NCBI RefSeq assembly: GCF_009914755.1
Contig: NC_060932.1
Reading direction: 5' to 3' (one strand)
DNA: 64,000 nt
DNA from: the human T2T-CHM13v2.0 reference genome, Homo sapiens
Below the pieces are notes generated by a model. That model did no database searches and had not been told where the DNA came from. It saw only the letters and a list, made by a program, of their open reading frames with translations. Positions 55,706-64,000 of this stretch are shown here, piece after piece. Each line of letters opens with the position of its first letter. Within the stretch, counting starts at the first letter, position 1. The position numbers were made by a program, and so were the translations under genes.

Positions 55706-57200
55706 TGATGCAACCCTGTTATTATGTAGATGAGAAAAAAGCTGAGAGGTAAGTTCTTACTTCTTGGAATCATATGTTAAAGGCAGGATTGCAGCAACAA
55801 TCCAGGTCCCTGGACAGTGAATCAAGCCTCTTTCCATTAATCTATGCATAGAATGATTTAAGTTTTCTGTGTATGTGATTCTACACCTAGTTTTTTAGCT
55901 GAAAAATAGAAGTGTGATGCTGAACTCTAAGTCTCAAAGCCTACTATAGATAGGGAGATTATGGAAAAAAAATTTAAGCAGTTGTGTGTGGATTTTGTTG
56001 AGAAAAATAAGTGTATGTTTGCAAAGTAGCTGGAAAAAGAGGAATCCCCTTTAGGGTTCTACCAATTCTTACCAGCTGAAATGTTTTAGCAATCTTGGCA
56101 TCACACTCTGAAATTTAGAAATGAAAATCCAAATGAAGTTCAACAGTGTTGCGTAAAGCAGGAAAGAACTAGACAATGTGAGACTCTTATTACTGATTAA
56201 AATGACATGGCCTATGCTGATATTCCTCAGGGTTCAGTTGTCCTGAAGTATACACTGCAGAAACCAGAGGATGTTTCAGAGCTTGGAGAGTGAGAGGGAA
56301 TTTTATTCAGGTCCGTCATTGCAATCTCACCACAAATGTGGTCTAAGGAATCCATTTTAATTATGTTTTGTAACTTTCTCTGAACAACTAAAATGAATGT
56401 GTATTTGGGGAGTTCCAATTACTGACCTTGTGTGGAGGGCAAATAAAATAATGATTTTGTCTTCTAGTAAGACAGAAACTGTAAATTTGACCAAATAAAT
56501 CAGACTTTTTCATACTGATGAGGACTAACTGGACCGTAATAAAATTTAAACTCATAAGCAGCAGTGATTTACTAAAAAAGCTTACAGCAGCTGTCCCAAG
56601 GATATTGGGCTTCCATTAAAGACTTGTTTTCCACGTTAAGCAAAGACTTTATGGCAAATGTACTATACGACCTTCTCAAATTTCAAAGGCCAACTGAAAG
56701 TACATTTAAACACTGGTCAGATATAGCACCTGATAGAGGCAAGACTGTCTAAACTGTGTCTTTGAACTCAGGGAGAAAAAATGGGTATTCACTTTGTTTC
56801 TTTTGGTTTAAAGGCAACTGGGCTCTCCAAGTATCTATTCTGAGAACTTGCTACATCCATCTTTGGGCCATATCTATGTCTCGGGTATTCTCTAAATACT
56901 GAGAGGTCTCCTCACCCATCCTCAGTTTGAGGTTTTGTGAGAGTTCCTGCCTAGGAGAACAGTGAAAAGGAGAATAAGGCAAATCCTAGTAGAGTTGGTT
57001 AAAAACTCTGCATGGATAATTACACTATGGAGTGGAGGCTGCAAGCTTGCTGCCTGTGGGAGACTCTAGATTGCAGGAATATTGCTTGGCTTGAATATCG
57101 TATTTAAGAAAAATTTGAGCCAATATTTAAAAATCCTGAATTTGACATGAAAAACATGGATTTGCTTTTCTAAAAATATTGTGTCACACTGGGTCTCATT

Positions 57201-57529
57201 GTTTTTTATTTATTTATTTATTTTTTGAGATGGAGTCTCACTCCGTCACCCAGGCTGGAGTGCAATGGCGTGATTTCATCTCATCTCACTTCAACCTCTA
57301 CCTCCCGGGTTCAAACAATTCTCCTGTCTCAGCCCCCCGAGTAGCTGAGACTACAAGCGCACGCCACCACTCCTGTCTAATTTTTGTAGTTTTAGTAGAG
57401 ACGGGGTTTCATCATATTGGTTAGGCTGGTCTTGAACTCCTGACCTCAGGTGATCCACTCACTTCGGTCTCCCAAAGTGCGGGGGTGCTGGGGTGCTGGG
57501 GTTACAGGCGTGAGCCACCGTGCCCGGCC
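57201..57529 (-). mobile_element. AluS SINE
   Basis: Antisense dimer; TSD ctgggtctcatt at 57189-57200 and 57530-57541; small ggggtgct duplication. Confidence 0.95.
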
Positions 57530-58202
57530 CTGGGTCTCATTCTTGCAGGGATACCATGGGTTGTTGCTTAGTGAATGGGTAGACTGAGTACACACACCCT
57601 TACATACCCTGGCTCCTCAGAGAGGCAGTTGCTGATTCAGGATCAGACTTGAAAGAGCCTTATTAGGACAAATGCCCTTAAAGGAAGGAGAGGGGGAACT
57701 GGGGGCAACTATGAGGAGGAATCTAAGGCAGTGATGTAATTCTAAGAAAGCTCAGCAAGGCTAAAGGGAAGTCCTAGAGAGAGTGGTTTGCCCTAGAGTT
57801 CCACAGCCGCCAAGAATGGGCCCTCCTTCATTTTCCTGCTGCTCAGCTGAGGCTGGAAGCAGCCTGTGCAAGGTCTCTGAAGGGCTTCAGAGCTTTGCTG
57901 CTGGGGCGGCTAACTCACTAGCTCCTCTCCATTGGGGATCTGAGGGGAAGTTCTCATAGTGTCCATGCTTTCATTTCTTCCAGTCTTTCCTCTACTTATT
58001 ATTTGCAAGGAAAGTTTGATCAGCATTCTGGAAGTTTAATTTTCTCATGCCCAACTATTTCCTTATTTCTCAGGCTATTGCTGGTATGGCATTTTCTTCT
58101 TTTGTTTCAAGGCCGAGGATTTTAAGGGCACTTTAAGCATGGTCTTTTGTCTTTTAAGCTATGAAAAATAAGAACAGGAACAATAAAGCAAAAAAGAAAA
58201 CT

Positions 58203-58518
<316 letters not shown>

Positions 58519-59277
58519 CAACTAGACGTTATACTTATATTGCAGTGGAAAGTAATATTATTACGGTAATTGACAGATTTAGACCCATTCATCTATCTAT
58601 TCAACAAATATCAAATATCTAACATGTATCAGGCACATAGAACACACATGTGGGGTCTCAAGTGACCCTTGGTATACTTCTAGCCTGTTGGTTTGGAGAA
58701 TTACCAATGTCATGGACCTTAGAATAAGGTCATAGTGTTTCTTTTTCAAATACGTCGGTACCTAAGTAATTTAGCTACCAAAATGTTTTCTGTACACTTA
58801 GACATCTTGCTATTTCTTTTTTCCCTCTCAGCTGAGAGGCGCCTGAAGCCTGACTCCAGGGTGCTGCATTTTTGTGTTGGGGCACTTCCTTGGCTCTTGA
58901 TGCCATGCAATTTTATTTCCCTTATTTATTTGGAGGGAGCAGTTTCCCTCCTTATCATACCACTTTATCTTGCCTTATCTACCCTCTTCCCTTAGGTACT
59001 GGCTTCTAAATCTTCCCACATTATAGGAAATAATTGGCAGGTGGTAGGAGCCAGGCTGGGCTCCAGTGTGTTTAGACGGTCCCAGGGGTCCCTGGAGAAT
59101 CTTGGTATTTAAGGTTGAATTGTGGCATTAACAATCCACATGGCACCAGCATTATGACAGAGAAGGATGTTATGACTTTGCTCCTGAAACCAAAAGGGAA
59201 GAAGACAAAATTCACAACTTGCAAGTCATCTGGAATGTTCTAATATCACTTCAAAGTATGAACATTGTATCATTCTT

Positions 59278-59437
59278 ATGGGAGGGGGGTGAGGGATAAA
59301 AGACAACATATATGGTGTGGAATATACTGTTCAGGTGATGGGTGCACCAGGATCTCACAAATCACCGCTAAAGAACTTATGTAACCAAATACCACCTGTA
59401 CCCCAATAACTTACGGAAAAATAAAATTTGAAAAAAG
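59278..59437 (+). mobile_element. L1PB-like 3' end
   Basis: gggtgagggataaaagacaaca...ggtgatgggtgcacc...ctaaagaactta...accacctgtacccca. Confidence 0.8.
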
Positions 59438-59665
59438 TGTAAACAGAGTTCAATTTCAAGATATATATTTTTAAGCCCAGAAAATAATAAAAAATATCCC
59501 TCCTTCAAGCTAGAGCCCACTTGTGTCTGGCAACTTGCCATCAGTGTGCAGCTGCTCTATCTTTTCTACCTGCACTCCACTGACAAGTCCATCTAAATGA
59601 GAACAATGGGGAAAGGAGGAGGAGAAAAGGAAAGAGAATTAAATCTTGAATCCATGCTGTCAGAA

Positions 59666-60450
59666 TGTAACCGCCCAATAGGTTCACCTTGCCCGCTGCC
59701 TAGACAGGGCTGATTTATCAAGACAGGGGAATTGCAATAGAGAAACAGTAATTCACGCAGAGCCAGGTGGAGTTTTATTATTACTCAAATCAGTGTCCCA
59801 GAAAACTGAGGGATTGGGGTTTTTAATGATAATTTGGCGGGAAGGGGCATGGGAAGTGGGAAGTGATAATTTGGCGGGTAGGGGCATGGGAATTGGGAAG
59901 TGATAATTTGGCGGGTAGGGGCATGAGAAGTGGGAAGTGGGCATGGGAAGTGGGTTGGGGATGAAATCACAGAGGGTCGAAGTGAGTTTTTCTTAGTGTC
60001 TTTTGTTCCTGGGTGGGATTGCAGAACTAATTGAGCCAGATTACTTGTCTGGGTGGGGCCAGCTGATGCATTGGGATGCAGGGTCTGCAAAATATCTCAA
60101 GCACTGATTTTAGGTTTTACAACAGCACTGTTATTCCCAGGAGCAATTTGTTCAGAGTCTTTCAGCCGGAGGCTGCATGGCTCCTAAACATAATTTCTAA
60201 ACTTGTAGCTAATTTGTTAGTCCTACAAAGGCAGACTGGTCCCAGGGAAGAAGGGGTTTATTTTGGGAAAGGGTTATTGTCATTTTTTTTTTCAAAGTTA
60301 AACTACAAACTAAATTTCTTCCCAAGATTAGGAAGACATTTCAGCCTACACCCAGGAACAACAGCTTAGAAGTTAGAAGGAAGATGGAGTCAGGTCAGAT
60401 CTCTTTCACTGTCACAATTTCCTGTTATAATTTTTGCAAAGGTGTTTTCA
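59666..60450 (-). mobile_element. LTR8-family (ERV1) solo LTR
   Basis: tgtaaccgcccaataggttcaccttgccc...agatctctttcactgtca...tttttgcaaaggtgttttca; 4-bp TSD agaa. Confidence 0.85.
59827..59960 (+). repeat. 37-bp G-rich minisatellite (3 copies plus a partial copy) inside LTR8
   Basis: Unit tgataatttggcgggtaggggcatgggaagtgggaag starting at 59827, 59864 and 59901. Confidence 0.9.
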
Positions 60451-60829
60451 AGAACATGACCTTGTCTTCTCTGGCCTTGTGAACGGGTGGGTGGCACTCT
60501 CTCCCCCTCTCTTTCTTGCTCTCTCTCTCTCTCTGTGCTTTTGTAAACTTTTCTGTATCACTTCTGAAGGCCTCTGGCTGCAGCTTCTCCATCCTGAAGG
60601 CTGTGTTCCTTGGAGGGTTGCTTCCTTTCATTCCCTGATTCTTCAGAAGATCCTGCCACAGTTACTTTCACTTTTGCAAATGCAATACTCCTAGGAGACT
60701 CTCCTGTGCAGAACTTTTTTTTTTTTTTTAAAAAGGCTCCAGGTCAGCTTTCTCTCTCTTAAGGCCCACAAAACTGATCCCTGGAAAGCATGCATCATCT
60801 GTATAGCACTTCTTTAGAGGGAAGTGTAA

Positions 60830-60976
60830 TTTCTTTCTTTTTTTTTTATTGTACTTTAAGTTTTAGGGTACATGTGCACACAACATGCAGGTTTGTTACA
60901 TATGTATACATGTGTCATGTTGGTGTGCTGCACCCATTAACTCGTCATTTAACATTAGGTATATTTCATAATGCTA
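60830..60976 (-). mobile_element. L1PA extreme 3' fragment
   Basis: T tail then tactttaagttttagggtacatgtgc...taacattaggtatatttcataatgcta. Confidence 0.9.
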
Positions 60977-61990
60977 AATGCACCTGACCAAAGCTCAGCT
61001 GGCAATGCAGCTTGCCCACCCGCTATCCTTCCCTCCAAGCTTCCAGGCAAGGGTCAGATCTCAGCCTCCCATCCCTACCAAACACTCATAGACTTATCTG
61101 AAGCTCTACAGGGAGACCTAGCAAGGGTTCTCAGGTTTGGCCAAAGGTGAAACGGTGGCACCCACATAATTCAGAGCTGGTAGCTACTCTATTCAAACTC
61201 TCTCTCTCTTCACTCTCTTGACCTTTTATGTACTCAAATTGTGCCAGGCATCACTGGTTCAGGGGCCGAAGTTTGAGAAGCCAGCCTAGAACACTTACGT
61301 TGGAAGTTTGCATTTTGCTCTGGCCCTTTGAATGTTGTATCTGTTTATCTTGCTCTCTCCATTGAAACTTCACTGATTTTATTCTGTTAAATACTGCAGA
61401 TATGTTAACAATCTCTTCTGTTTTCTCATCTATAATTTGGGGATAATAATAGTTGCCTTGTGAGGAATAGATACATAATATATGTGGAGCACCATGCACA
61501 ACATCCAGCACATAGGAGGAATTTCATAAAAGTTAATTTCCTTTCTTCCATTCCTCTACCCTCCCTCACTTAAATAAAAAGGCATTGTGTTTTGTTATAC
61601 TGAAGAGAGATCTGGGTCCAGAGTCATTTTACAAAAAGAGTTAAGATTGGTCTTTGACTCATAATTCATGACATCTTTCCAACAGATTCATTTTTTAGAC
61701 AAATATTTATTGTGTAGCTATAGGGTCAGCCATAGTTGTAGGTGATGGGGAAAAAAAATGACCAAGGCAAACCCCATTCTTGGAGCAGGTAGAACTCCTG
61801 TCTAGGAGGAGAGACAGCAGGATGGCTGATGAGAGTGTTCATGCTCATGTGTTTCTGAAGCTTTTTGTCTTAGTGATACAACAGATCTGAATAAAATGCA
61901 GGGCCTGTGAAAACCTCAGATTTAGACAGAGGACAACTCTGAGGAGGTTGAACAGGTGAGCACAAACAATCCATATTCCCAGCCAACGTT

Positions 61991-62038
61991 CATTAAAAGT
62001 AATGGCCAAAACCACAATTACTTTTGCACCAACCTAAT
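61991..62038. mobile_element. Half MADE1 (Hsmar1 MITE)
   Basis: cattaaaagtaatggccaaaaccacaattacttttgcaccaacctaa followed by ta. Confidence 0.85.
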
Positions 62039-64000
62039 ATATCCTCCACTGTAGAATGCTAACAGGCTGCTGGCTCACCTAGTAGGCCAGAGAGACTTCC
62101 CAGAGTGTTTGAGGATGGAGACAAAAGATGAGGTCAGCATAGCTCTTGGTTGTCACTTGGTGAATCCTGAATAGATGATTGCAGGTAACTGATTATCAGT
62201 CTTCTCTTTTAATTTCACTGTTTGCTTTGTACATTGTTCAAAAAAGGAATTTGGGGGAAAGAAGGTTTTTGATTAAAAAGTCCGGTGTGATTACAGGGAA
62301 TTGACACATGGAAACATGACCTTAATGCTCTTGTCATCATGATTGCTGATTTGAGTGAGTGAAAGGCAGTCTAGTCCAGTGGTTGCAGACTTAAATAACT
62401 GGATATGAATCCTTGATATGTAGATGGACAACCCTGCAATGTTGTGTAGACCAGTTCTCTTTTCTGGGCCTTGATTTCTTCATGTGTAAACTGAAGAAGT
62501 TGGATGAGATGATCTTTAAAATCCCTTTTAACAATACATTTTGTGGTTCTTTAACTTTATTCTTCAATAGTAAATGTAAAGAAACAAGAAACCTCTTTTA
62601 CCTGTATCCCAAATACCGAAATTACCTGATATCTTTGTAGATAACTGAGAATATGGTGACAAGATTAGGGCTATTTACCCCATGTAACTTTTCTAAGTGT
62701 CAGGTTTCTGCATTCATGAATTGATAATTATATCTGGATTTACTACCTAGTTAGCGCTTCTTTTCAGATAATATAATGATTTTAAAATGTGACCCTTTTT
62801 GAATGATATAATGTAAGAAATTCTGAGGCAGAGAAGTTGTAAACAGCAAAGATGCCTTAGATACTCACCTGATCTTTAAGTACAGAGATTACCTTTTTTG
62901 TTTTTTTCTTTTGTAATTGAAAAAAATTACTAGAAATGCCGTGTTCCTTAGTAATTATCAGCAAAATGCAACAAAAACTCCAGCAAAGACATGAAGATTT
63001 GAGCACAACAAACCTGTTGCTTGTGATTTCTACTGAATCACTGTTCTGTTTTGTTATATGAATAGGCACAACTTTATCCCTTTGTGGTCAGTTATATCAG
63101 AATCCTATTTTATGCAGACCAGAAAAATTAATATTCATGCATAATTATGAAGACTAGTTGGAAGTTTTTCCCCATTTCTATTATATCTGGGTCTATTTTT
63201 ATAGTAACTAGTAAAGGATGAATATACTTATGAAAATTAATCTCTTTTAGGATCTAACAATGAATGAAGCACATGAATTGCTACTTGTTATTTTTGTGTA
63301 ATTATAAGCATAGAAAGATTCTGTTTTACTGTAGGGAAAGCAGTAATTATTCTGTTTTGCAGAAGTATGCACTCTCATGTTCAAGAATAGGAAAAAAAAG
63401 ATGGAACAGCTGTTTTATTAAATTACCATCTTCTTCATCCTTTCCTATATTAATCCTCACTCTTTCAATATCTCTTTTTATTCTCCAAATGCTTATAATC
63501 TTTTTATTTGAATGTTCCCCTGTGTTACATTTTGATTTGGCCAAGCAGATGAATTACAAATGAAGTTCATGAAAAAGTCTATTGCTCTTAAGGGATATTA
63601 ATTTCTTTCAGACTGAGATACACCATTAATATCTTCTTTTTCCTCCTATGGAAAAAGAAGTTCCTGAGACCTTACCGCTTCTTCTCCATTGCATTTGATT
63701 TTAGTATAAAGAACAATGGCTTGCATTATAACACTGTGAAGGCTTCTCCAACTTGTTCTTGGTTCTGGACATTTAGTTTCTCTGTTTAATGTAAGGGTGG
63801 TTTAATATTTCAGCACTACAGAAGTCAAGGACTTGTAAGCTGATTGATTTGGAAAGGATAGAGTTCAAAATGTACTGAGGATATATATATCCTCACATGA
63901 CTGGTAAACCCAAAGTTGAAGACTTTTTTTAAAAAAAGGGTTAATAAAAGGGAACAATGACAATGCCTATGTATCAGTCAAATGGTTAGCCAATTAGTTA

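Noticed and set aside
59785-60090. Proline-rich repetitive ORFs
   Set aside because: Antisense translation of the 37-bp minisatellite in LTR8.

Overview
This is primate (human or great-ape-like) genomic DNA: AT-rich, CpG-depleted and with no CpG island. It is intronic or intergenic and densely tiled with interspersed repeats: about 17 Alu elements, young L1PA 3' fragments, old L1M, L2 and MIR, MaLR/ERVL/ERV1 solo LTRs, and hAT, mariner and MULE DNA-transposon fossils. I found no credible host protein-coding exon, RNA gene, CRISPR array or operon-like system, and I cannot name the locus. The ORF track is mostly Alu or L1 translation or chance. Repeat family names come from remembered consensus sequences, not from a RepeatMasker run, and the boundaries of old elements are approximate. 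The most notable structure is an apparent L1PA2 3' transduction (about 43962-45244). It consists of a short L1, about 860 bp of flanking DNA carrying an older Alu, an AATAAA signal and a second A-rich tail. Other points of interest: an isolated, canonically spaced C2H2 zinc-finger fossil (41381-41443); a nested Ricksha/ERVL/THE1 composite; a templated-insertion scar replacing an L1 G-rich tract; a G4/E2F-motif minisatellite inside LTR8; and a convergent CTCF motif pair around an AP-1/ARE palindrome. I do not see evidence for a genuinely new biological system.
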